A stretch of DNA of 61,724 nt from Anaerolineae bacterium (GCA_034437755.1 DAOTTV010000078.1:64001-125724), one strand, 5' to 3'. Counted from the stretch's first letter, positions 47,997 to 58,139 are shown. Notes: generated from the sequence alone by a model not told the origin. Made by a program: numbers and translations.

Positions 47997-49364
47997 ATGA
48001 TACAACCGACCCAAAGCACGCTACAATGCTCCAATTGTGGCACGCCTAACGCTGTCACTGTACGGCGTGTGATCGATGCTCAGCAAGACCCGCAGGGCAA
48101 AGCGTTATTGCTCAACGGGCAGGTCAATAGCTTTGCCTGCCAGAACTGCGGCATGAACAACAGCATTTCATCGCCCCTGCTCTACCATGATGCCGAGAAA
48201 GAATTGCTAATCGCCTTCGTGCCGATGGACGTTGCCGCTAAGACCGGCACATCCCAGAACGAAGAACAGATCGTCGGTAGCCTGATGAACGAATTGACCG
48301 GACAACTGCCGAAAGAGCAATTCAAAGCCTATATGTTCAATCCCAAGCGCGCATTGACGCTACAGGGCTTGATTGAACAGGTGCTAGAGGCAGATGGCAT
48401 CACGCAGGAGATGATCGCCGAACAGAAACAACGGGTCGCGCTCGTGCAAAAATTCGTCGAGGCACAATCGGAAGAAGCGGTGGTCGAGCTGGCGAAAGAC
48501 CATGACGACCAACTGGACGAGGGCTTCTTCCAGACGCTTTCAATGATGGCACAACGCTTGATGCAACAGGGACAACAACAAGTCGCCGGTCATATGCTGG
48601 CGATTCAACAAGTGTTGGTCGAGCATACGAGTTACGGTGCCGAACTATTGAAGACGCAGGAACGCCAGCAAGAACTCATCAACGAGATTGCGGATCGCAT
48701 CGACACATTGGGCGATGAGGCCAGTCGCGATGATTTTATTGATCTCGCAGTTGAATTCGCCGATGATGAACAAAAGCTAGAAGCCCTCGCCGGTTTGATC
48801 CGTCCAGCGCTGACCGACGAATTCTTCAACCAGTTCAATCAGCGCATCAGCCAAGCGCCCGCCGATGAGCGCGAGACGCTGGAGAGCGCGCGCGATACTC
48901 TGCGTGACCTAACAGAGATGATCGACCAGCAAACGCGCTCGATGGTGCAACAGAAGGCACAATTCTTACGCATGTTGATGACTAGCCACGATGCTGAGGC
49001 GATGATGCGCCAGAACGTCGAGATAATCGACGATAACTTCATGACAGTGCTATCGATGAATATTCAGGAAGCGCAAAAACGCTCTGATGTGCAAACATCG
49101 GCTAAATTGCAAGAGATATACGAAGTCGCGGTGAGTTTATTGCGCGAGCAGATGACACCGGAGTTACGCTTCATCAATGAACTGCTCTCGTTTGAAGATG
49201 ATGCACAGGTCAAAGCGCACATTGACGCGAATATCGACCACTATGATAGCGACCTGCTACAGGTGTTCAGCGCGGTCGAGCAGATGTTAGCGCAACAGGG
49301 GCGCAATGACATCATCGATAAAATGGCGTTCATTCGTGTCGCGCTGGAACAAGCCCTCAACTGA
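47997..49364 (+). CDS. CpXC-domain (zinc-ribbon) protein with a long helical C-terminal region.
   Basis: 'LQCSNCGTPN..FACQNCGMNNSISSPLLYHD' matches the CpXC family signature, which ends in LYHD. The gene starts 24 nt after the kinase gene. Confidence 0.55.
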   Translation: MIQPTQSTLQCSNCGTPNAVTVRRVIDAQQDPQGKALLLNGQVNSFACQNCGMNNSISSPLLYHDAEKELLIAFVPMDVAAKTGTSQNEEQIVGSLMNELTGQLPKEQFKAYMFNPKRALTLQGLIEQVLEADGITQEMIAEQKQRVALVQKFVEAQSEEAVVELAKDHDDQLDEGFFQTLSMMAQRLMQQGQQQVAGHMLAIQQVLVEHTSYGAELLKTQERQQELINEIADRIDTLGDEASRDDFIDLAVEFADDEQKLEALAGLIRPALTDEFFNQFNQRISQAPADERETLESARDTLRDLTEMIDQQTRSMVQQKAQFLRMLMTSHDAEAMMRQNVEIIDDNFMTVLSMNIQEAQKRSDVQTSAKLQEIYEVAVSLLREQMTPELRFINELLSFEDDAQVKAHIDANIDHYDSDLLQVFSAVEQMLAQQGRNDIIDKMAFIRVALEQALN

Positions 49365-49423
49365 CGCTTATCCTACGCCATTAGCATATTTAAACGAAAA
49401 ACTCTGGTAAATTTTCAGATTTA

Positions 49424-49455
49424 CGGTAGGCTTTAAGCCTACTGTAACTTTTTCC
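49424..49455 (+). terminator. Rho-independent terminator.
   Basis: ACGGTAGGC-tttaa-GCCTACTGT with one G-U pair, followed by AACTTTTTCC. Confidence 0.55.
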
Positions 49456-49486
49456 GTTTGAATTGTGACAAGAGGTTGAGAACGGT

Positions 49487-50944
49487 ATGCAAGAAAAGAC
49501 ATGGCAAAGAAACGGCTTCATCGCTGTGGCATTATTGATGATTGGCATGATGCTCTCATTGACGATTGTGCCCGCTACTCCTGTCGCCGCGCAGAATGAG
49601 GAACCGACCCCGACACCGCGTGATCCAGCTTGGCTCGGTTTTTCGACCGCACGCGAAGCCATCCAAGAAGAAGAAGGCGTTGATTTAAGCGTCGTGCGTA
49701 GTTGGGAATTTTGGCAGGATGATTGGAGCGTCGCTGAAGGCGCGCATCCGCAAAACGCCACCGGTATCGATAGCTGTGATACAGAAACCCTGATCCAGTT
49801 TGCACGACCAGTGTATTTCGGTTGGACGTATGTCATCACAGCGCTGAACGGTAACGTCTACGAAGCGCGGGTGAGCTTCGACCTGCAAGATGTCGTCTTA
49901 TGCGATATTATGACCGAAATGTCAACGCCGGCGGTTGCCACAGATGGCAGCGGTAACACGGCTGATACCGAAGATGCTGTTGTCCAAGCTGGCGCAAGCG
50001 GTGAGTTCGAACTTGGTGGTCACGCGACGGGTTTCTTCCCGGATGCGGTGCAGGCAATGCAACGCTCCAACATGACATGGGTCAAGATTCAAGTCCCGAT
50101 GTATGCTGGCGTGCAATATGGCTACGATCGCATCAACGAAGCAAAAGCCAACGGCTTCAAGATTCTGATCGGTCTGGTCGGCAATGAGGATGAGCTAGGG
50201 GCAGACTTTGAAGGGTATGTCGATGGGCTGGCGACGTATGCCGGCGCAATGGCAGAAGCCGGCGCGGATGCTATCGAAGTGTGGAACGAGCCGAATCTCG
50301 GGCGTGAATGGCCGGAAGACCAGATCAACGGCGCACGCTATACTGAGATGCTCTCAGTCGTCTACAACCGCATCAAAGAGCGTAACCCCAATACGATGGT
50401 GATTAGCGCGGCAATGGCCCCGACCGGCGCATTCGGCGAAGCAGGATGTGGCAACCTCGGCTTCGAGAGTGGGTGTAATGATGATGTCTTCATGCAACAG
50501 ATGGCGCAAGCCGGCGCGGCGAATTATGCGGATTGCATCGGCGTACACTACAACGAAGGCATCGTCAGCCCGGGCACGTTCAGCGGTGATCCGCGTGGCG
50601 AATTCCCGACCTACTACTTCGGGTCGATGACCAGTCGCGTGGCGCAATACTTCCCGAATCGCCCCATTTGTTACACCGAGTTGGGCTACCTGTCTCCTGA
50701 AGGCATGGGCGCACCCCTCGCCGGTAACTTCGCGTGGGCGGCGGATACGAGCTTGGCTGAACATGCGGCATGGTTGGGCGAAGTTGTCGATCGCGCCCAA
50801 CAACGCGGCGACATCCGTATGCTGATCGTGTGGAATGTTGATTTCGATCGCTGGGATTCAGATCCGATGGGCGGTTATGCTATCCTGCGCCCCGATGGCA
50901 GTTGTCCGGCATGTGATACGCTAGCGAACGCCAGCAGGAACTAG
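49487..50944 (+). CDS. Secreted glycoside hydrolase with a GH5-like TIM barrel and an N-terminal domain of about 120 aa.
   Basis: Signal peptide. 'EVWNEPN' is the GH5 acid/base NEP motif. 'CYTELGY' is the nucleophile Glu. RBS AGAGG. Confidence 0.7.
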   Translation: MQEKTWQRNGFIAVALLMIGMMLSLTIVPATPVAAQNEEPTPTPRDPAWLGFSTAREAIQEEEGVDLSVVRSWEFWQDDWSVAEGAHPQNATGIDSCDTETLIQFARPVYFGWTYVITALNGNVYEARVSFDLQDVVLCDIMTEMSTPAVATDGSGNTADTEDAVVQAGASGEFELGGHATGFFPDAVQAMQRSNMTWVKIQVPMYAGVQYGYDRINEAKANGFKILIGLVGNEDELGADFEGYVDGLATYAGAMAEAGADAIEVWNEPNLGREWPEDQINGARYTEMLSVVYNRIKERNPNTMVISAAMAPTGAFGEAGCGNLGFESGCNDDVFMQQMAQAGAANYADCIGVHYNEGIVSPGTFSGDPRGEFPTYYFGSMTSRVAQYFPNRPICYTELGYLSPEGMGAPLAGNFAWAADTSLAEHAAWLGEVVDRAQQRGDIRMLIVWNVDFDRWDSDPMGGYAILRPDGSCPACDTLANASRN

Positions 50945-50979
50945 CACAGCGGCGACGTGAATAAGCGAATGACAATGAG

Positions 50980-51000
50980 GGCGAGGTTATCTCGCCCTTG
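50980..51000. terminator. Hairpin between convergent genes (AGGGCGAG-gttat-CTCGCCCT); a possible bidirectional terminator.
   Basis: 8-bp perfect stem, 36 nt after the GH5 stop and 7 nt after the stop of the minus-strand gene. Confidence 0.4.
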
Positions 51001-51006
51001 TGTCTG

Positions 51007-51921
51007 TCAGAGATATGACCCGTCCCGCGTCGTGAGTGTCTCGGTCGATAAGCCGTATTTCTGTAGGCGTTGATGATAGGCACGCAGGACGAAATAGCCA
51101 TTATCATCGAAGTGACCTTTGACTTCTTGCGCGTCAATTGTCGCATCTGCTAGCGCCTGTTGCATCTGCGGCGCGAATTTGCGTTGCTTGCGGCGATATT
51201 CCCACGTCTCCAGCCAATCCCCTAGCAGGCCGCCAAGCACCCACTCTAGCACGGCTGTGAGCCAGTGCCGCTGATGCGCCGGTGTCGGTTGGCAATGCGC
51301 ATTGGGCAAGTACTGCCCCAGCCAGCGATTCTCCTGCCAGAATTGTTGATATAAATCGCCGCCAGTGATCGGCACCATCTGCGCGACTTCATGCGCGATG
51401 AAGATATCGCGCCGACGCTGACCCATGTTGTTGGCGGCAACGACGTAATTCGGGCATAGCTCGCGACCACGCCAGCGCACGACGCGCACGAGCAAAATCG
51501 CAAATGCGCGGGCTAGCCACACACGCCGCGGTTGCGTGATGAGCATGTAGTCGAAGTCGTCATCGTGTGAGGCGGGATTACGCACGGATAGCGCGCCCGT
51601 CATCGCGACCATACGGACGAAGGGTAAAGCCGCCAGCCAACGCCCGTAGCGTACCGCTTCTTGCCAGAGGTCTTGCGTCACGGCTTCGCGCCGGATGCGC
51701 TCTTGCACGTATTCTGGATGCTCGGCAAGGCAGATATAGCACTGCTCACGGTAGACACTGCGCTGTAACCACGAGGACGTATGTAAGGTCGTCTGGATTT
51801 CGTCAAAGGTCACCGGATGCGAGGTGATGAGATAGCGATGGAGTTCGTCGAATGTCAGGGCAAAACGGAACACATCGGCATAGATTAGGGTACGTAAAAT
51901 GGCGGTTTCAATCGGCTCCAT
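51007..51921 (-). CDS. Hypothetical protein; possibly a pol-beta-like nucleotidyltransferase fold.
   Basis: ATG 51921 is preceded by GGAG. 'GALSVRNPASHDDDFDYML' resembles the hG[GS]-x9-13-DhD nucleotidyltransferase motif, but the match is weak. Confidence 0.45.
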   Translation of the reverse strand: MEPIETAILRTLIYADVFRFALTFDELHRYLITSHPVTFDEIQTTLHTSSWLQRSVYREQCYICLAEHPEYVQERIRREAVTQDLWQEAVRYGRWLAALPFVRMVAMTGALSVRNPASHDDDFDYMLITQPRRVWLARAFAILLVRVVRWRGRELCPNYVVAANNMGQRRRDIFIAHEVAQMVPITGGDLYQQFWQENRWLGQYLPNAHCQPTPAHQRHWLTAVLEWVLGGLLGDWLETWEYRRKQRKFAPQMQQALADATIDAQEVKGHFDDNGYFVLRAYHQRLQKYGLSTETLTTRDGSYL

Positions 51922-52141
51922 GAGCTTGACTCCAACGTTTGTCGATCGTTTCGACATTCATTTTATCTGCGCTTACGGATTTGCGCGAACAGTTGACGCT
52001 CGTAGTGGCTCATGTTACACTATGTGTAAGCTAAAGAGGTGACGAAAAGTGGGCAAACCCCACTTTTTGTTTTATATACACACAATCAGCACCGTGTGTA
52101 GCATGAACTCCGACGAGGTCTTTTCTTGGAGAATAAATTGT

Positions 52142-54121
52142 ATGGTCAATAATCTACAATCCGCATTTAACGAGATTGCGGAATTAAGGGGCTTACCGGA
52201 AGATGTCGTACAAGAGGCGCTCCAGAGTGCGCTTGTCTCGGCATACCGTCGCTATTCTAGCGCCAGCTCGGCACAGAATATCGAAGCCCGCACCGATCCG
52301 CACACCCGCCGCTTACGCATCTACGTTGAAAAAGAAGTCAGCGAAGATGTCGTCAGCCCGAACACAGAAGTCACGCTAGAACAAGCGCGCTTCTACGAGC
52401 CAGAAGCCCAGATTGGCGATATGGTGATGGTGCAGGTCGATGATACAGCGAAGAAATTCGGGCGTATCGCGGCACAAACAGCGAAACAGGTCATCCTACA
52501 GAAAATCCGCGAGGCAGAACGTAACGCGCTCTACGACGAGTTTGCTGATAAAGAAGGCGAACTGATGATGGGCACCGTCCAGAGCCTCAATTCAAGCGTG
52601 GTGACCCTGAGCCTCAGCGATCGTGCCGAAGCGATTTTACCCCGCGCCCAGCAAATCCCCGGCGAGCGTTACCGCCCCCACGAGAAATTGCGCGTCTATA
52701 TTATGGAAGTGCGCCGCAGTAGCAAAGGACCGCAGATTGTCACCTCGCGCAGTCATCGCAATATGTTGCGCCGCTTACTGGAATACGAAGTGCCGGAGAT
52801 TTATAACGGGCAAGTCGAGATCAAGAGTATCGCACGCGAAGCTGGCTATCGCTCTAAAGTAGCCGTCGCCGCCCTGCAAGAAGGCATTGATCCCGTCGGG
52901 GCGTGTGTCGGGATGCGCGGCATCCGGATTCAAAACATCGTCAAGGAATTGCACGATGAAAAGATCGACGTGATCGAGTGGAATCCTGATTCCGAAGTTT
53001 TCATCTCCAAAGCCTTGAGTCCGGCGCGGGTGACAGGTGTTTATCTGGATGATGACGAATTTGAAGGCCGGACAGCCGTCGTCGTTGTGCCGGATGATCA
53101 GTTATCGCTGGCAATCGGGCGTGAAGGGCAAAATGCCCGCCTCGCGGCGAAGTTGACCGGTTGGCGGATTGACATTAAGAGCGCGAGCGAAACCGCTATC
53201 GGTGCGCTGGAAAATCTGGATGTGCCGCCGTTGGATGCGCTGGTCACGTCACACGCGCAACTGATCGAAGACGTGCGCGCTATCATTAATAAGAAGCAAG
53301 CCAACAAAGCTATCATGCCGGAAGACTTGAACCTGCTCGGTAAATTTGCTAACTTGGTTGAAACGCGCCTACAACGGATGCGCGAAGATATTCGCCACGA
53401 AGAGCAGCAAGAGATAGACGTTATCCGCGCAACATTGCCGGAAGCCCTCTTCGACGTGCCAGTGGACGCGCTTGGTCTGCGCGATGAGATCACCGGCGCG
53501 CTCCAATCTTTTGATACGGCTGGTGATGTGATGTTAGCGACGCTTGCCGATGAAGAGCGCCTGAATAAAGCCCTCGCGCGCGTCAATGGTGATGCGCTGA
53601 CCGAGATACAAACGGCGCTCGACGAATTGATGACGCTCGATCTGGATACGCTGGCAGAGGATGAGATCGATACCAACGAGACAGCTGACGATGATGCAGA
53701 GACCGTCGCCGACGCAAACAGCGTGCCTGATACGCCGACTGTCGCCGAAGCTGAGCCAGAATCAGCCCCATCCGCTGACCTTGCACTAGCAGACGACATA
53801 GCCGAAGCAGAACCAGCAAGCGTCACGGATGACCTCGCCGAAGAGATTGTGACGAAGCCGGAGCAACCCGCAGAAGCGATCGCTGATACCAGCGACGATG
53901 ACACCGATAGTGATAGTGATGCTGATGAAGCCATTGATTATGAAAAGTGGCTTGATCGCGATGAGAAATTCGACAGTGAAGACGATAGCGACGAACAACT
54001 GGATGATCGGCGTAAACGTCGCCGGCTCGTGTTCGACGAAGAGTCGGGCGAAGTTGTCGCGAAGAACCGCCGTACGCGTGATCGTCGCCCATCTAACTGG
54101 GAAGAAGACTACGACCTATAA
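52142..54121 (+). CDS. nusA: Transcription termination/antitermination factor NusA with a C-terminal acidic extension of about 280 aa.
   Basis: S1 and two KH domains ('QIVTSRSHRNMLRRLLEYEVPEI', 'GACVGMRGIRIQ', 'LAIGREGQNARLAAKLTGWRIDIKS'), then HhH-like acidic repeats and a poly-Asp/Glu tail. RBS GGAGA. Confidence 0.9.
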   Translation: MVNNLQSAFNEIAELRGLPEDVVQEALQSALVSAYRRYSSASSAQNIEARTDPHTRRLRIYVEKEVSEDVVSPNTEVTLEQARFYEPEAQIGDMVMVQVDDTAKKFGRIAAQTAKQVILQKIREAERNALYDEFADKEGELMMGTVQSLNSSVVTLSLSDRAEAILPRAQQIPGERYRPHEKLRVYIMEVRRSSKGPQIVTSRSHRNMLRRLLEYEVPEIYNGQVEIKSIAREAGYRSKVAVAALQEGIDPVGACVGMRGIRIQNIVKELHDEKIDVIEWNPDSEVFISKALSPARVTGVYLDDDEFEGRTAVVVVPDDQLSLAIGREGQNARLAAKLTGWRIDIKSASETAIGALENLDVPPLDALVTSHAQLIEDVRAIINKKQANKAIMPEDLNLLGKFANLVETRLQRMREDIRHEEQQEIDVIRATLPEALFDVPVDALGLRDEITGALQSFDTAGDVMLATLADEERLNKALARVNGDALTEIQTALDELMTLDLDTLAEDEIDTNETADDDAETVADANSVPDTPTVAEAEPESAPSADLALADDIAEAEPASVTDDLAEEIVTKPEQPAEAIADTSDDDTDSDSDADEAIDYEKWLDRDEKFDSEDDSDEQLDDRRKRRRLVFDEESGEVVAKNRRTRDRRPSNWEEDYDL

Positions 54122-54134
54122 GGTTGAATGAATC

Positions 54135-54485
54135 ATGGCACTGAGAAACGAATGGTTTGATGAACAACACGCGCCGCAGGGTACACTGGAGACACCACGC
54201 CCGAAAGCCGTGTTCGATGATGAATTTGACGATCAGGCGCAAGAAAAGCGGCGGCAAGAGCGTCTAAAACGTAAGAAGCAAAAGCGTCGCAACATCGTTC
54301 GCGATGATTTAGAGGGCGATCCCGCAGAACTCCTGCGGGAACAAAAACGCCGTAAACGCAAGAAGCATAAACGGCTACGCCACAAGGATCGCCAAGATAA
54401 ATACTTCGATCGATCGGTTTTAGAAGCAGAAGACGAAGATGATTATGGCGAATGGGATGAGTTTTATGATGAATGGGATGAGTAA
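54135..54485 (+). CDS. Highly charged small protein (116 aa) with alternating K/R and D/E blocks; hypothetical.
   Basis: Clean ORF between nusA and ylxR, in the slot where many bacteria encode an L7Ae-like YlxQ. Confidence 0.5.
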   Translation: MALRNEWFDEQHAPQGTLETPRPKAVFDDEFDDQAQEKRRQERLKRKKQKRRNIVRDDLEGDPAELLREQKRRKRKKHKRLRHKDRQDKYFDRSVLEAEDEDDYGEWDEFYDEWDE

Positions 54486-54491
54486 GACCTC

Positions 54492-54755
54492 ATGAGCAGA
54501 AAACAGAAGCATATCCCCAAGCGGATGTGTGTTGTCTGCCGTGACAAGATCGAAAAACGTCGTTTGACGCGCATCGTGCGAACTGCCAGCGGTCTACAGA
54601 TTGACCCCAGCGGCAAGCACGACGGACGTGGGGCGTATGTCTGTGATCAAGCGACCTGCCGTGAGCGCGTTGCAACATCCGATATTTTGAGCAAGGCGTT
54701 GCGTGTCCGTATCACTGATGCGGATCGCCAGCGCATTCGAGAACTTGCATCATGA
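54492..54755 (+). CDS. ylxR: YlxR-family (DUF448) RNA-binding protein.
   Basis: 'KHIPKRMCVVCRDKIEKRRLTRIV..GRGAYVC' matches the family, and the gene is in the conserved position before infB. Confidence 0.85.
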   Translation: MSRKQKHIPKRMCVVCRDKIEKRRLTRIVRTASGLQIDPSGKHDGRGAYVCDQATCRERVATSDILSKALRVRITDADRQRIRELAS

Positions 54756-54861
54756 ACGAGTACCAATACAACCGATGGTGGAGGTGTGATCAACGTCACT
54801 GATGAATAGTCATCTCCACTCATCGACAGACACATACAAAGTTGAGTTGGAGAATGAATTA

Positions 54862-56682
54862 ATGGCAAAAGAGAAACAGCTAATCCTCATACCTGATTAC
54901 CTCACCGTGCGTGAGTTGGCAGAAACAGTTGACGAAAGCCCGATTGACGTGATGAAGAAGCTCATCGCTAATGGGATCATGGCATCGATCAACCAGCAGA
55001 TTGATTTTGACACTGCCGCGATCATCCTTGAGGAAATGGGCTATGAGGCAAAGTCAGAGACGACTGCTGCAGAAGAAAAAGAAGAACAAAAACGTGCCGA
55101 AGTCACGACCCGTAAATGGGAGCAGATGTACAAGGGCGAAAAGCCCGAAGACCTCGTCAAACGGCCACCGGTCATCACGATCCTCGGTCACGTCGATCAC
55201 GGTAAAACAACCCTACTCGATACCATCCGCAAAGCCAACGTTGCCGAAGGCGAAGCTGGCGGCATCACACAGGCAATCGGCGCGTATCAGATCAGCTATG
55301 GCGACGAACGCCTGACCTTCATCGACACTCCCGGTCACGAAGCCTTCACAGCGATGCGCGCACGCGGCGCACAAGGGGCGGACATCGCGATTCTCGTCGT
55401 TGCGGCTGATGATGGCGTGATGCCCACCACCCGCGAGGCACTCGACCACGCACGAGCGGCAAATGTGCCGATGGTCGTTGCTATCTCGAAGGTTGATAAG
55501 AACAACGCCAATCCCGATCTCGTCAAGCAACAACTCGCCGAAAATGGCGTGATTCCTGATGAATGGGATGGCGATACGATGATGATCCCGATTGCGGCAT
55601 TACAGGGCGAAGGCATCAACGACCTGCTCGAAGCACTGACACTCGTCTCAGAGATGAATGATTTCGTCGCTAACCCGCAGGGGACAGCACGCGGGATCGT
55701 CCTCGAAGCAGAAGTTGATAAGTTCCGTGGTACGCTGACCAACGTCCTCGTGATGAACGGGACACTGGTAGTGGGCGATAGCATCGTAGCAGGCACGTCT
55801 TACGGGCGCGTCAAAGCGATGTTCGATGAAAACGGCAATAAGATCGAGCAAGCGCCACCCTCGACCCCTGTTTCTGTTCTCGGCTTAAATGAACCGCCAG
55901 CACCCGGTGACCAGTTTGAACGCGTGAAGCACGAGAAGAAGGCGCGGTCAATCGCAGAAGATCGCATTACCGAAGCCGAAGTGAACGCCCGCCAACCGGC
56001 ACAGGCGATGTCACTGGAAGACATCTTCAAACAATTCCAAGCCGGACAAGCAAAATCGCTGAACTTAATCATCAAGACCGACGTTCAGGGATCATTGCAA
56101 CCGATCCTCGACGGGCTAGAGAAAATCTCCGGTGCGAACGAAGAAGGCATCAAAGTGCGGGTGCTGGCTAGCGATGTCGGTTCCGTGACCGAAAGTGATG
56201 TGATGCTCGCCACTGCGGGCGATGCCGAAGCTGATAAAGCGATTATCATCGCGTTCAACACGACGGTATCCAATGGCGCACGATCCAAGGCGCAGGCACA
56301 AGGCGTTGAAATCCGCGATTATAACATCATCTACAACCTGTTCGAGGATGTCGAGCAGGCGCTCGAAGGGATGCTCGATCCGAAATACGAAACCCGCGTC
56401 ACCGGACATGCCGAAGTCCGCCAGCTGTTCAATATTTCGCGTGTCGGTCTGGTCGCAGGGAGTTATATGCAAGAAGGCGAAGCCAAGCGTAAAGGCAAGG
56501 CGCGTCTGTTCCGCAATAACAAGCTCGTCGCTGATGATCTGAATATCGATGCACTCAAGCGCTTCAACGAAGATGTTGCTGAGATTCGCACGGGTTTTGA
56601 ATTCGGCGTGAGCTTCGCCAATCATCAGGACATCCAAGAAGGCGACATCATCGAATTTTACATGGTGGAGCGCGTCCGCTAA
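54862..56682 (+). CDS. infB: Translation initiation factor IF-2.
   Basis: G domain 'ILGHVDHGKTTLLD', 'DTPGHEAF' and 'NKVD', followed by the C-terminal beta-barrels. ATG 54862 is preceded by GGAGA. The long ORF begins at 54802. Confidence 0.9.
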   Translation: MAKEKQLILIPDYLTVRELAETVDESPIDVMKKLIANGIMASINQQIDFDTAAIILEEMGYEAKSETTAAEEKEEQKRAEVTTRKWEQMYKGEKPEDLVKRPPVITILGHVDHGKTTLLDTIRKANVAEGEAGGITQAIGAYQISYGDERLTFIDTPGHEAFTAMRARGAQGADIAILVVAADDGVMPTTREALDHARAANVPMVVAISKVDKNNANPDLVKQQLAENGVIPDEWDGDTMMIPIAALQGEGINDLLEALTLVSEMNDFVANPQGTARGIVLEAEVDKFRGTLTNVLVMNGTLVVGDSIVAGTSYGRVKAMFDENGNKIEQAPPSTPVSVLGLNEPPAPGDQFERVKHEKKARSIAEDRITEAEVNARQPAQAMSLEDIFKQFQAGQAKSLNLIIKTDVQGSLQPILDGLEKISGANEEGIKVRVLASDVGSVTESDVMLATAGDAEADKAIIIAFNTTVSNGARSKAQAQGVEIRDYNIIYNLFEDVEQALEGMLDPKYETRVTGHAEVRQLFNISRVGLVAGSYMQEGEAKRKGKARLFRNNKLVADDLNIDALKRFNEDVAEIRTGFEFGVSFANHQDIQEGDIIEFYMVERVR

Positions 56683-56778
56683 TCGGCGTTGACGAGCAAT
56701 TGATTTATCACACAGGGGGCGATCACATCCGCGGTATCGCCCCTTTTTAAGTAGAAATAGCGATAGAGAAAGGTCACT

Positions 56779-57150
56779 ATGTCCCTGAAACAAGACCGTA
56801 TGAATGAGCGTATTCGGATGATCCTCAGCGACTTATTGCTGAAAGAGATTTCCGATCCGCGCTTGCAAGGGGTCACCGTTACCGAAGTTCAACTGGACGG
56901 CGAATTGATGTATGCCGATATCTACGTCAATGCGCTAGGCGACGAAAGCCGCCAGACGAGCGTGATGGAAGGCTTGGAGCGCGCTAAAGGATTTATTCGG
57001 CGCGAAGTCGGCAAGCGCATTCGCACGCGCAACACGCCGGAACTGCTGTTCCACTGGGATACCACGCTCGAACATGCCGAGCGCATCAACCAACTGCTGG
57101 ATAATCTCGAGATACCAGAGGATGAGGATTCAACAGACGATGAGCGATAA
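56779..57150 (+). CDS. rbfA: Ribosome-binding factor A.
   Basis: 'RMNERIRMILSDLL..DPRL..VTVTEV' matches the RbfA KH-like fold. Confidence 0.9.
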   Translation: MSLKQDRMNERIRMILSDLLLKEISDPRLQGVTVTEVQLDGELMYADIYVNALGDESRQTSVMEGLERAKGFIRREVGKRIRTRNTPELLFHWDTTLEHAERINQLLDNLEIPEDEDSTDDER

Positions 57151-58132
57151 AACACCCGACTGGCAACAAGCGAGCGCCGCCCTGCGCGATGCCGATAGCG
57201 TCCTGATCGTGACGCATCTCAACCCCGATGGCGATGCGATCGGCTCAGCATTAGGACTCGCCAACGCGATCCGTCACATGGGCAAGACCGTGACCGTCGC
57301 CGATGACGACGGCGTGCCTGATTATTTGCAATGGCTACCTCATAGCACGACAGTCGTCACAGAGATTGATGCCGAGACCTCTTTCGATCTGTGCATCTCG
57401 ACCGATGCCAGCGATGCCGAGCGCACGGGCAAGGTGGGTGCGATCGGGCAGGCCAACAGCACAACCGTGATTAATCTCGATCATCACGCGACCAACACGT
57501 ACTTCGGCGATGTGCATCTGGTGGACGCAGGCGCTGTCGCGGCAACGGAGATCGTGTTCGACTGGTGGGAATACATGGCGATTGACTGGCAAGCAGAGAT
57601 CGCCGTGCCCCTGCTGACAGGTCTCGTCACGGATACGATCGGCTTTCGCACGAGCAGTGTCACGTCGCGCACGCTGGGCATCGCGCAATCGCTGATGGAA
57701 TACGGCGCGTCGCTGACCGAGATTACGGCGCGGGTGCTGGACTCGCGCTCGTATCAGGAGATGGCGCTCTGGAAGCGCATCATGGCGACGATGGCGCTGG
57801 ATGGGCAAGTGATCCATGCCGAAGCCCGTCTGGAAGATATGGAAGCGGTCAACATGGATGCGCCATCGACGGCGGGCTTTGTCGGCTTTCTACGAAGCAC
57901 GAAAGAGGCGATGATCGCCGTGACCTTCATGGAGACAGGCGATGGCGAGATTCGCATCAGTATGCGTGCCAAGCCGGGCTATGACGTGAGCGAAGTCGCC
58001 TTCGCGCTGGGCGGCGGCGGTCATGTACAGGCGGCGGGCGCGGGTGTCGCCGGCACGCTGGAAGATGTGAAAGCGAAGGTATTGCCGATGTTGCAAGAAG
58101 CGGCACGGAAGGGTAAGCTCACCATTGTCTGA
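57140..58132 (+). CDS. nrnA: DHH-family bifunctional oligoribonuclease/pAp phosphatase (NrnA).
   Basis: 'VLIVTHLNPDGDAIGS' is DHH motif I. 'NLDHHATN' is the DHH motif. The C-terminal DHHA1 segment is 'GGGGHVQAAG'. It overlaps rbfA by 11 nt. Confidence 0.85.
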   Translation: MSDKTPDWQQASAALRDADSVLIVTHLNPDGDAIGSALGLANAIRHMGKTVTVADDDGVPDYLQWLPHSTTVVTEIDAETSFDLCISTDASDAERTGKVGAIGQANSTTVINLDHHATNTYFGDVHLVDAGAVAATEIVFDWWEYMAIDWQAEIAVPLLTGLVTDTIGFRTSSVTSRTLGIAQSLMEYGASLTEITARVLDSRSYQEMALWKRIMATMALDGQVIHAEARLEDMEAVNMDAPSTAGFVGFLRSTKEAMIAVTFMETGDGEIRISMRAKPGYDVSEVAFALGGGGHVQAAGAGVAGTLEDVKAKVLPMLQEAARKGKLTIV

Positions 58133-58139
58133 GCGCGTG

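Noticed and set aside
53098-53934. A 278-aa Ser/Ala-rich ORF on the minus strand.
   Set aside because: It is antisense to the poly-acidic tail of nusA, which is low-complexity GAx/GCx-repeat DNA. It has no RBS and a compositional mirror-image bias. This is a classic shadow ORF.
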